A stretch of DNA of 64,000 nucleotides from Pseudomonadota bacterium (GTDB lineage: Bacteria > Pseudomonadota > Gammaproteobacteria > Steroidobacterales > Woeseiaceae). Position 1 is the stretch's first letter. The number at the start of each line of letters is the position of its first letter. The notes below the pieces were generated by a model. It did no database searches. It was not told the DNA's origin and saw only the letters and a list, made by a program, of their open reading frames with translations. The stretch covers positions 1,307 through 65,306 of the forward strand of contig JACZSM010000007.1 of NCBI GenBank assembly GCA_022574185.1, read 5' to 3'. The translations under genes and the position numbers were made by a program. Positions 28,242 through 37,085 of this stretch are shown here, piece by piece.

Positions 28242-29954
28242 TTACTTGATACGCATTCCTGGTTCGGCGCCATCTTCCGCCGATGGCAAGAAGATGTCCT
28301 TCGCGCTGCGTTTCGATTGTTCAACCATATTGTCGACTTGTGCAGGCTCGATACGCGTCAATAATGGCTTGAATTTTAAAATTCTGGTGCCGAGCAATGG
28401 CTTGGATGCGCAATACCAGTGCCATTCGTCCTCACCGAAAAACGACCGTGCGTCGTCGGCGACAGAGGGAATGACCGGTGTCAGGTAGATCATCAGGCTG
28501 CGGAACAGATTGAGTCCCTGGGTGCAGACGGCTTGCACTTCGGCCAGTTGGTTCTCGTCCTTGATCATGACCCAGGGCTTTTCCCGGTCGATGTAACGAT
28601 TGGCATCGTCGGCGAGACCCATGATCCGCCGCATCGCTTTAGAGTATTCACGACGCTCATAATGTGCAGCGATTTCCTCAGATGCGTCGGCAAGGGCATT
28701 AAACAGATCAGGCTCAGGCAGCGCATCGGCGAGTTTGTCGTCGAAGCGCTTGTTGATGAATCCCGCGCATCGGCTGGCGATGTTGATCAACTTGCCGATC
28801 AGGTCCGCATTGACCTTCGCAATGAAATCATCGAGATTGAGATTGATGTCTTCTATGGTCGGACCGAGTTTAGCTGCGTAGTAGTAGCGCAGGTACGCCG
28901 GATGCAAATTATTCAGGTAGGTTCGCGCGTTGATAAATGTGCCGCGCGACTTGGACATCTTTTGTCCATTGACGGTTAGAAAGCCGTGTGAAAATACACT
29001 CGTTGGCGTCCGAAATCCTGAACCCTGCAAAACAGCTGGCCAGAACAGCATGTGAAAATACATGATGTCCTTGCCAATGAAATGATATAGCTCGGTGTCA
29101 TGCCCGGGACGCCAGTACTCGTCGAAGTCGAGGTCGTCCCGACGGTCACAAAGGTTTTTGAAGCTTGCGGCGTAGCCGATCGGGGCGTCCAGCCATACGT
29201 AAAAATATTTGTCGTCGGTGCCGGGAATCCTGAAACCGAAGTAAGGCGCATCTCGGGATATATCCCAGTCTCGCAGTCCGGCATCGAACCACTCCTCAAG
29301 CTTGGCGACAACGCTCTTTTCAAGATCCGCTTCATCAATCCAGTCACGCAAGCGCTTTTCGTATTTGCTCAATTTGAAAAAGTAATGCTCCGATTTACGC
29401 GTGACCGGCTTCGTACCCGATAGCACCGAGATTGGGTCAATAAGGTCGGCAGGTGTGTAGGTCGCGCCGCAGACTTCACAGGCGTCACCATACTGGTCCT
29501 CACTTTTACAGCGTGGACAAGTACCCCGCAGGAACCGATCTGGCAGGAACAAACCTTCTTTTTCGTCGAAGGCCTGCTCGATCGTTTTGGTGTAGATGTC
29601 ACCGGTCTTGCTCAACGCTTGAAACATCTCGATGACGAGGGCTTCGTTTTCGGGCGAATGCGTTGTGTAATAGTTATCGAATTCGATGCCGAATGCGGAA
29701 AAGTCTTTGAGGAACTCCTTCGTGATCTCCGCGGTGAGTACTTCAGGAGTGATGCCCAACTCCCGGGCCTTGAGCATGACCGGAGTACCGTGAACATCGC
29801 TGGCACAGACGTAGGTGCAAGTGTGGCCACGAAATTTCTGAAATCGGGCCCAGATGTTGCCTTGCAGGTATTCGACGAGGTGACCCATATGGATCGAGCC
29901 ATTTGCATACGGCAAGGCGTTTGTAACGAGTATTTTTCGTGGCCGATCGAGCAT
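28242..29954 (-). CDS. metG: Methionine--tRNA ligase (short form)
   Basis: HMGH motif ([13 protein letters not shown]), KMSKS motif and zinc knuckle [18 protein letters not shown]. At 570 aa it lacks most of the C-terminal tRNA-binding domain (see findings). Confidence 0.95.
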   Translation of the reverse strand: MLDRPRKILVTNALPYANGSIHMGHLVEYLQGNIWARFQKFRGHTCTYVCASDVHGTPVMLKARELGITPEVLTAEITKEFLKDFSAFGIEFDNYYTTHSPENEALVIEMFQALSKTGDIYTKTIEQAFDEKEGLFLPDRFLRGTCPRCKSEDQYGDACEVCGATYTPADLIDPISVLSGTKPVTRKSEHYFFKLSKYEKRLRDWIDEADLEKSVVAKLEEWFDAGLRDWDISRDAPYFGFRIPGTDDKYFYVWLDAPIGYAASFKNLCDRRDDLDFDEYWRPGHDTELYHFIGKDIMYFHMLFWPAVLQGSGFRTPTSVFSHGFLTVNGQKMSKSRGTFINARTYLNNLHPAYLRYYYAAKLGPTIEDINLNLDDFIAKVNADLIGKLINIASRCAGFINKRFDDKLADALPEPDLFNALADASEEIAAHYERREYSKAMRRIMGLADDANRYIDREKPWVMIKDENQLAEVQAVCTQGLNLFRSLMIYLTPVIPSVADDARSFFGEDEWHWYCASKPLLGTRILKFKPLLTRIEPAQVDNMVEQSKRSAKDIFLPSAEDGAEPGMRIK

Positions 29955-30074
29955 GCGTGTTGAATTCGGTCTGGCTAAAGGCCGCGATTATGCCACGTGT
30001 CGATGTACTTTATCTGCGCCGGCTCTGAACCCGTCAGTATCACTTTGACGGAGTACTCCCCTGGTGCAAGTGCA

Positions 30075-31136
30075 TCAGTTGTCGTTTTTCATGCGTTCAA
30101 AAGTGCTCTTATTATAAGCTTGCAGATAGGCCTCTCGCCCCGAGATAAAGGCCTTTTCGACGAGTTGCATGAGAGCCGCATCCATGGTTTGCATACCAGT
30201 ACCACCGCCGGCCTGCATTGCAGTCTCCAGCTGATCGAGCTTGCCCTGACGAATCAGGTTCGCTACGGCCGACGTATTGATCAAGACCTCGAGTGCGGCA
30301 ACCCTGCCAGGCTTGTGTTTGGTTGGCAGCAACTGTTGCGATATTACACCGCGCAACGAGGTCGAAATCATTGTGCGGATATGGCTTTGCTTGCCGGCCG
30401 GAAAAGAGTTGATGATGCGATCGACCGTTGCGGCGGCGCCATTGGTGTGCAACGTACCCATGACCAGAATACCCATCTCGGCGGCGGTCACGGCGATACT
30501 GATCGTTTCAAGGTCACGCATTTCGCCGACCAGGATGACGTCGGGATCTTCACGCAATGCCGAGCGCAATGCATCGGCAAAACTCTTGCTGTGCAAACCG
30601 ATTTCACGCTGGCTGATAAGACAGTTCTGTCTCTTGTGCACAAACTCGATGGGGTCCTCAATCGTAAGAATATGGCCGTGCTTGCGCTTGTTGATGGCGT
30701 CAACCATCGCCGCCAGCGTCGTGGACTTGCCCGATCCGGTCTTGCCCGTGACCAGGATCATGCCCTGCGTCTGTCGGCACAAATCATGCACGACCTTGGG
30801 CATGTCCAGATCCTCGAGAGTTAGTGGTTGTGAGGGAATTGCGCGAAAGATGGCGCCAATGCCGTTCAAATGTCGAAAGACATTGGCTCGAAATCGTGAC
30901 ACATCTGGAATGTCGTATGCAAAGTCGGCCGCATCGTTTTTTTCGAACGTCTGTTGCGTCTTGGCATCCATGATCGCATACACTGCGTCCTTGACAAATT
31001 CAAGTGTGAGATCGTCGCCTTTCAGCGCGTGCAATTCGCCATGAACGCGAATGCGCGCAGGACCACCCGAAACAAAATGCAAATCGGACGCTTTCTCCTT
31101 GAGAGCGCGTTTTAAAAATTCATCGATCTTGTTCAT
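30075..31136 (-). CDS. PilT-family type IV pilus retraction-type ATPase (divergent paralog)
   Basis: Walker A GKTGSGKST, Walker B DPDVILVGEMRD, His box MGTLHT and the C-terminal PilT-like motif AVANLIRQGK. 353 aa. Confidence 0.85.
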   Translation of the reverse strand: MNKIDEFLKRALKEKASDLHFVSGGPARIRVHGELHALKGDDLTLEFVKDAVYAIMDAKTQQTFEKNDAADFAYDIPDVSRFRANVFRHLNGIGAIFRAIPSQPLTLEDLDMPKVVHDLCRQTQGMILVTGKTGSGKSTTLAAMVDAINKRKHGHILTIEDPIEFVHKRQNCLISQREIGLHSKSFADALRSALREDPDVILVGEMRDLETISIAVTAAEMGILVMGTLHTNGAAATVDRIINSFPAGKQSHIRTMISTSLRGVISQQLLPTKHKPGRVAALEVLINTSAVANLIRQGKLDQLETAMQAGGGTGMQTMDAALMQLVEKAFISGREAYLQAYNKSTFERMKNDN

Positions 31137-32241
31137 CGGCTACCTGTGAACTGTCGCTGCCATCGATTGTACTCACGAGTGAAGTGTCCGTAACGAAACG
31201 TTGAAACTTCTTCTTGTCGCCGGCATGAAGATAGGCATCGTCGGGATCGATCTCATTTGCAGCAATTGCATCGAGCAGTGCCTGGTCCATCAGTTGCATG
31301 CCGTGGGCCTTGCCCGTTTGCAGTTGTGACGGAATCTGATGCGTCTGGTCGCTCGTGATCAGTTTTGCAATTGCGCGTGTATTGACGAGAATTTCAAAAA
31401 TGGCCCGCCGTCCCCGGCCATCGGGGGTCTTGATCAGTACTTGAGTAATAACGGCTTTGAGGCTGCTTGCAAGAAACGCCTTGGTTTGCTCCCGAAGTTC
31501 GCCCGGCAATGCGTCGATGACCCGGTCGAGCGTCTTGACCGCACCGGTAGTGTGCAATGTACCGAGGACAAGATGCCCGGTTTCGGCCGCGGTCATCGCC
31601 ATCGAAATCGTTTCCGCGTCCCGCAGCTCGCCGACCAGGATGACGTCAGGGTCCTCTCGCATGGCCGAGCGTACGCCGTCAGCGAAACTCTTAACGTGCG
31701 AACCAAGTTCGCGTTGGATGATCTGGCTCTTCTTGCTCGGGTGCACAAATTCGATCGGGTCTTCGAGACTGATGATATTCAGGCTTTTGGTCTGATTGAT
31801 GTGGTTGATCATCGCCGCAAGCGTCGTCGACTTGCCGGTTCCCGTCGATCCGGTGACGAGGACCATGCCCTGATGCAAATCGCAGAAATCGGTCAGTATT
31901 GACGGCACGTGTAATTGTTCGAGTGTCGGCACGTCTCCAGGAATATACCGAAATACGGCTCCGTAACCGGAGTCTTTTGTGAAGACATTGACGCGAAAAC
32001 GTGCACCATCCTCGCTAACGTAGGAGAAATCCAGGTCGTTACCGTCCCGTAATAATTCCTTCTGCGAAGTCGAGAGAACTTCGAGAATATAAGTTTCGAG
32101 TTCGGTGTCCGTCAGTTCGCGAAATTTGATCGGCATCAAATCGCCGTTCATACGCAGCATCGGTGGCACGCCGACGGCAAGATGCACGTCGGAACAGCCC
32201 TGTGCGAGACCGAGTTTTAGAAAGGCGTCGATACGAGCCAT
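31120..32241 (-). CDS. PilT/PilU-family hexameric ATPase (divergent paralog)
   Basis: Walker A GSTGTGKST, Walker B DPDVILVGELRD, His box LGTLHT and an acidic C-terminal tail. The start is trimmed to ATG 32241 (MARIDAFL). The stop overlaps the next gene by 17 nt. Confidence 0.85.
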   Translation of the reverse strand: MARIDAFLKLGLAQGCSDVHLAVGVPPMLRMNGDLMPIKFRELTDTELETYILEVLSTSQKELLRDGNDLDFSYVSEDGARFRVNVFTKDSGYGAVFRYIPGDVPTLEQLHVPSILTDFCDLHQGMVLVTGSTGTGKSTTLAAMINHINQTKSLNIISLEDPIEFVHPSKKSQIIQRELGSHVKSFADGVRSAMREDPDVILVGELRDAETISMAMTAAETGHLVLGTLHTTGAVKTLDRVIDALPGELREQTKAFLASSLKAVITQVLIKTPDGRGRRAIFEILVNTRAIAKLITSDQTHQIPSQLQTGKAHGMQLMDQALLDAIAANEIDPDDAYLHAGDKKKFQRFVTDTSLVSTIDGSDSSQVADEQDR

Positions 32242-32368
32242 GTCGGGGCCCAAGAATCAATTAGTTACGCTTATCCTAGGCGGAAATTATGTCGCATGCC
32301 AGAGCGACATCACATTTTTGATAATTGCGTGCGTGCAAGTACGCCGTCAATATTGCTTTGGCGGAGTA

Positions 32369-34795
32369 CTAAACGGGAACAGCGTCGAACGCTTCTGTCA
32401 GCTCATCCATCGATTGGTGGCGCTTGGTCTTGTCGACCGACATGGCCTTGACGATGATGGCGGCGTATTCGTCAGGAATGTCGGGATTGATCTCCTGGCA
32501 ATGCTTGGCCTTGCCCTGCACATGCTGGTACATGACCGACATATGATCACCACGACTGTAGGGAGGGATACCGGTTGTCATCTCGTACATTATGATACCG
32601 ATACTGTAGACGTCGGCCGTCACGTCCACTTTCTTGCCAAGTATCTGTTCCGGTGCCATGTATTTCGGCGAACCGATGACGTAGCCGGTCTTGGTCAGCT
32701 GCGTATCGCCGCTCGAAGCTGCTGCGGCAACGCCGAAGTCTACAATCTTCAGTAGTCCTTCCTCATTGACAAGGATGTTGGCCGGCTTGAGGTCGCGGTG
32801 AATAACGCCCGCCTGGTGCGCGATCGTCATACCCGTCACCATATCGCGCGAGAACTTCAGTGCTCTTGCGATGTTCATCGGTTTGCTGTTAGGGATTTCC
32901 CCACTTAGCGTGTGCGACGGGAAGTACTCCATCGATATTGCGTAGCTGCCTTGCAGGTACAGAAAATCGTAGATACGGATGACGTTGCGATGCGTGATCA
33001 TGCGCGAGTAACGAAGCTCGTGGACGAAGCGTTTCATCATTTCTTCATCAGTGGAAATATTCGGGTTCAGGAACTTTAGAATCAAGCGCTCGTCAACGAT
33101 CTGATCCTCCATCAGCAATACGGTGCCGAATGCGCCTTTGCCTATTTTTTCGATGTACTTGTATCGCCCGTCGATTACATCGCCCGGTTTGAGCTTCGTT
33201 ATGTCGAGGACCTGTGGTTGCGGCGTCGGGGCAACGTCGGATGTCGCTGGCGCAGATACTGCGGTCTGGCCCTTGAGCAGCTTGTCGAGATCTTCGCTGT
33301 TGAGCAACATGGTTTTCGTGTGTTCGGCGATTTTCTTGGCGCGCTCGTTTTCGGCGAGAACTGTTGCTGAAAACCTCGCATCGAGATACTTGAGGGCCTT
33401 GTCGGCGCTATTGATAATTGTCGGCTCGTTGCTTTGTTTGATTTTCTGCAGTGCTTCGCGAACCGTCGCGGCATGCGATTCATCGGCGAGCTGTGAAATT
33501 GCCTTGATTGCCTCGACCTGCACGGCCCTGTCCTCGGAATTGAGCATTGGCACAATTTTCGCAATATGCTTATGGTTGCCGATCTTGCCAAGTGCGCGGA
33601 TGACGACGGTGTCTGTCTTCGAATCTTTGCCGAGCAATGCGAGCAGCGTCGGCACAGCTTTCGAACCGCCGATTTTCGACAAAGCGTCGATGGATCGTTC
33701 GCGGACCCACCAATCGGAGTCTTCGGTTGCCTGGATCAAATGATCGACAGCTCGCTCATCTTTGGTGGCATTCAGTATTTCAATGGCCGTGCGCCGAATC
33801 TCCTCATCCTCGTCCTTGATCAGCGCTACGACCGCATCCACGACCTTCGGCCCCCCGATTTCGGCCAGTGCATCTCCAGCCCTTGAGCGTACCCACCAAT
33901 CGTCATCCCTGATGACATTGAGCAGGTCTTTGACCGATTCCTTGGTGCCGATTTTATTGAGGACCTCGACGGCGGCACGGCGCGCGTATTCCGAATCATC
34001 CTTGAGCGCTTCAGCAAGATATTTGACGGTTTCAGGGTGGTTCATCTGTATCATCATGTCGACGGCTTTGTTTTGCACCTCGATATCCGAGTCCTGCAGC
34101 AATTTGCTGACCGCCGCGATATTGACGGCACCGCCTTTCGCTGCAAGGGCAGAAAGGGCCGCACCGCGGACCATCTTATTCGTGTCCTTGAGCTGCATCT
34201 CGAGTGCGTGATTGATTTCGGGCTTATCAAACTTCGAGAGCAGGGCAATCAGGTGCGTCTTGATGTACGGATCCTTACCGCCCATGCGCGCGATGATGTC
34301 GGGAATCATTTCTGGCCGGATCATATCCCCGATAATCTTGAAGATCGCGGCCGATTCTTTAGGCTCCAGTTCGTATGCGCATTGCAACAGATCATGGATG
34401 CTCAGATCCTCCTTGTGCACGCGCAACACTTCGATAAGCGCCGGCTTGGAGACCTCGGGATCCGCAAAAAAGGCCAGCAAGTTGTTGGCGTTGTAACCGG
34501 TGTTGCTTGAGAGTGCCCAGGAGGTGCCTGAGACTACCCGATCATTGCCGTCAGAAAGGCCGTCCCGATAGGCATCAAGCGTCTTGTCGTTGAGCAGACT
34601 CGACAGGATGTCGACGAACACCATGGTGTGTGACTTGTCCGATAGGGCGAGCGCGTCAATGGCCCTTGGAATGACCTTGGGGCCCAGTTTTTTCAACTTG
34701 CTGACTAGATTCTGGGCGGCAGGCGAGTCCGGTTTTGGTTCTGCAACCAGCTTCGAGACTAGTTGGTCGGCGCGAAAAGATCCGAGGAAACTCAT
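32369..34795 (-). CDS. HEAT-repeat (PBS-lyase-like) protein fused to a Hanks-type Ser/Thr protein kinase
   Basis: 808 aa. The N-terminal ~500 aa carries repeated D-x-D/E-WWVR...A..AL..IG motifs. The C-terminal kinase has GKGAFGTV, a Lys in LILKF, HRDLKPANIL, DFG and SPKYMAPE. No TM segment or signal peptide is seen. Confidence 0.85.
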   Translation of the reverse strand: MSFLGSFRADQLVSKLVAEPKPDSPAAQNLVSKLKKLGPKVIPRAIDALALSDKSHTMVFVDILSSLLNDKTLDAYRDGLSDGNDRVVSGTSWALSSNTGYNANNLLAFFADPEVSKPALIEVLRVHKEDLSIHDLLQCAYELEPKESAAIFKIIGDMIRPEMIPDIIARMGGKDPYIKTHLIALLSKFDKPEINHALEMQLKDTNKMVRGAALSALAAKGGAVNIAAVSKLLQDSDIEVQNKAVDMMIQMNHPETVKYLAEALKDDSEYARRAAVEVLNKIGTKESVKDLLNVIRDDDWWVRSRAGDALAEIGGPKVVDAVVALIKDEDEEIRRTAIEILNATKDERAVDHLIQATEDSDWWVRERSIDALSKIGGSKAVPTLLALLGKDSKTDTVVIRALGKIGNHKHIAKIVPMLNSEDRAVQVEAIKAISQLADESHAATVREALQKIKQSNEPTIINSADKALKYLDARFSATVLAENERAKKIAEHTKTMLLNSEDLDKLLKGQTAVSAPATSDVAPTPQPQVLDITKLKPGDVIDGRYKYIEKIGKGAFGTVLLMEDQIVDERLILKFLNPNISTDEEMMKRFVHELRYSRMITHRNVIRIYDFLYLQGSYAISMEYFPSHTLSGEIPNSKPMNIARALKFSRDMVTGMTIAHQAGVIHRDLKPANILVNEEGLLKIVDFGVAAAASSGDTQLTKTGYVIGSPKYMAPEQILGKKVDVTADVYSIGIIMYEMTTGIPPYSRGDHMSVMYQHVQGKAKHCQEINPDIPDEYAAIIVKAMSVDKTKRHQSMDELTEAFDAVPV

Positions 34796-35150
34796 CGCCT
34801 GAGGTCGATATCAATATTGTGGACTGCCACAGAGCCAGCAGATTCAATGGCAGTGCAGCGAGTACCGGCAAGCGGCATTCCTGCACTTAATTTCCAGTTT
34901 TTCAACTTTTGTTCAGCCAATCGATTCGCTCTTGCCCAGGCGAAGCACGGCATCCGCTACACAATTGCGAATCCAGTACGGCCGCATAGTCTCCGATGCG
35001 GCATTATGCCACATCGTCCCAGCCCACATTGTCGCGCAAGCCCTTGAAAATCAATGCTTGGTTCCAGCTCAGGCTCCGTTACAATGTGCGCCCACAAGCC
35101 TCCATTTGGAGGCGAATGTGCTGATTTTACCTAATACCGTAGGTGGAAAT

Positions 35151-36245
35151 GTGACGCCGTCAACAGAAACAGATGTGAAAAAAATCCTGAATTCCGTGGA
35201 GTTACCGGGCATCGGCCTGTCAATTGGGGACGTGGGCAGGGTACTCGATGTTAGCGTATCGACTGAACATGTCGCAGCGAAAATTGAACTCGGATTTCCG
35301 GCGTCGACTATTCACGACGTATTTCGGTCGCACATAGCCGCGGCGATTACCGCGGAATTGGGCTGTGATGATGTCGACATCGAATTATCGACACGCGTGG
35401 TCGCTCACGGTGTACAACGAAATCTCAAACCGCTGGCACAGATCCGCAACGTTATCGCAATAGCATCGGGGAAAGGCGGCGTCGGCAAATCGACCGTCGC
35501 CGTGAATATTGCATTGGCGCTGGCCACTGACGGTGCGTCCGTTGGCATGCTGGATGCGGACATATATGGCCCGAGTCAGCCGCAAATGCTTGGACTGGCC
35601 GGCGAGCGGCCCTCGAGCCCGGACGGTAAAATGCTGCAGCCTCTGCAGGCACACGGACTGCAAGTCATGTCGATCGGCTTTCTTGTCGATCCCGATCAGC
35701 CGATGATCTGGCGTGGCCCGATGGTTACGTCCGCGCTCAATCAACTGCTGCAGCAAACTTCCTGGCACGATCTCGACTACCTGATCGTGGATATGCCGCC
35801 CGGGACCGGCGACATCCAGCTAACGTTGTCGCAGCAAGTTCCGGTCAGCGGTGCGGTTATTATTACGACACCACAAGATATCGCGTTGCTCGATGCGCGC
35901 AAGGGACTTGCGATGTTTCGCAAGGTATCGATCCCGGTGCTTGGCGTCATCGAAAATATGAGCACCCATGTCTGCTCCGAGTGTGGTCATGAGGACAACA
36001 TTTTCGGATCGGGCGGCGGCAAGCGCATGGCCGAGGATTTCGACATCGAGCTCCTGGGGCAGCTGCCGCTTGAGACAAGTATTCGGGAGCAGACCGATAG
36101 CGGCAATCCGACCGTTATTGCCGATCCGGAGTCGGCGGCGGCGGCGGCCTACCGGAGCGCAGCCCATCGCATGGCTGCATTACTGGCAAAACAGGGCAAG
36201 GATTACAGCAGCAAGTTTCCGAAAATCGTCGTCGAGGAAAGTTGA
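35151..36245 (+). CDS. apbC: Iron-sulfur cluster carrier protein ApbC/Mrp
   Basis: Deviant Walker [11 protein letters not shown], the CSECGH (CxxC) motif and ADIYGPS. The start is set to GTG 35151, preceded by AGGTGG. The track extension to 34932 is noncoding-like. Confidence 0.9.
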   Translation: MTPSTETDVKKILNSVELPGIGLSIGDVGRVLDVSVSTEHVAAKIELGFPASTIHDVFRSHIAAAITAELGCDDVDIELSTRVVAHGVQRNLKPLAQIRNVIAIASGKGGVGKSTVAVNIALALATDGASVGMLDADIYGPSQPQMLGLAGERPSSPDGKMLQPLQAHGLQVMSIGFLVDPDQPMIWRGPMVTSALNQLLQQTSWHDLDYLIVDMPPGTGDIQLTLSQQVPVSGAVIITTPQDIALLDARKGLAMFRKVSIPVLGVIENMSTHVCSECGHEDNIFGSGGGKRMAEDFDIELLGQLPLETSIREQTDSGNPTVIADPESAAAAAYRSAAHRMAALLAKQGKDYSSKFPKIVVEES

Positions 36246-36811
36246 TGAGTATCAAGCCGGATCGTTGGATCCGTCGCATGGCAACTGAACACCGAATGAT
36301 CGAGCCATTTGCGCCACACCAGGTGCGAAAAGTCGGGGACCGACGCATCATTTCCTACGGGACATCGAGTTATGGCTACGATGTCCGTTGCGCCAATGAA
36401 TTCAAGATATTCACGAATGTTCATTCCGCCGTTGTTGATCCCAAGAACTTTGACGAAACAAGTTTCGTCGATGTTGAGGGCGACGTCTGTGTCATTCCAC
36501 CCAACTCGTTCGCACTGGCACGTACGGTCGAGTATTTTCGAATTCCGCGCAATGTTTTGACAATCTGCCTGGGCAAATCGACCTATGCGCGCTGCGGCAT
36601 CATCGTGAATGTCACGCCGTTGGAGCCCGAGTGGGAAGGGCACGTAACTCTCGAATTCTCGAATACGACGCCGTTACCGGCCAGGATTTACGCCAATGAA
36701 GGCATCGCACAGCTGCTGTTTCTCGAATCCGATGAGGTGTGCGAAACGTCCTACAAGGACCGCGACGGCAAGTACCAGGGCCAGCAGGGCGTGACGCTGC
36801 CCAAAGCCTGA
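36245..36811 (+). CDS. dcd: dCTP deaminase
   Basis: 188 aa: [13 protein letters not shown]...SSYGYDVRC...[12 protein letters not shown]. The ATG overlaps the apbC stop (TGATG). Confidence 0.95.
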   Translation: MSIKPDRWIRRMATEHRMIEPFAPHQVRKVGDRRIISYGTSSYGYDVRCANEFKIFTNVHSAVVDPKNFDETSFVDVEGDVCVIPPNSFALARTVEYFRIPRNVLTICLGKSTYARCGIIVNVTPLEPEWEGHVTLEFSNTTPLPARIYANEGIAQLLFLESDEVCETSYKDRDGKYQGQQGVTLPKA

Positions 36812-36998
36812 TCTGCCGCAGCCCGCCAACCCGATCACGGGTACGCCATCGGGTATTTGCTCGCGCTTAACCTCGCTCGGCGTCCTGCTTTATCTGTAGG
36901 AGCCCGTCGACGGTCAGGACGACCTAATGTCGCGGAGCACAGGGATGTGCGTGAGCGACGAAGGGCGATGTCAACCGACAGGAACAGCAACTGGGGTG

Positions 36999-37042
36999 AT
37001 CGCCCGCATGTCTCGATCCCGCTTGACGGGAGCGGGCTTGTA
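36999..37042 (-). repeat. REP-like intergenic repeat, copy A (27-nt exact core 36999-37025)
   Basis: The reverse complement of 36999-37025 equals 42311-42337 exactly (CAAGCGGGATCGAGACATGCGGGCGAT). Imperfect similarity extends about 17 nt further. Confidence 0.7.
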
Positions 37043-37085
37043 TGGTCAACCGTGCCCGAAATCTGGATGATGGAAGGCGCCGGCC

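Noticed and set aside
29997-31044. Plus-strand ORFs of 275 and 255 aa (29997-30824 and 30277-31044).
   Set aside because: They are antisense to the PilT-like gene, which carries complete Walker and His-box motifs.
18920-34795. The 16-kb run of 17 co-directional minus-strand genes, considered as a single giant operon or genomic island.
   Set aside because: It is a mix of unrelated housekeeping units (metG, rnf-nth) whose internal order matches E. coli. Co-directionality alone is not evidence for one functional unit. Only the two sub-modules reported in findings look non-core.
34932-35150. 73-codon N-terminal extension of apbC in the ORF track.
   Set aside because: The extension has no similarity to Mrp/ApbC N-termini. 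The GTG at 35151 has a good AGGTGG Shine-Dalgarno sequence and gives a protein of normal length.
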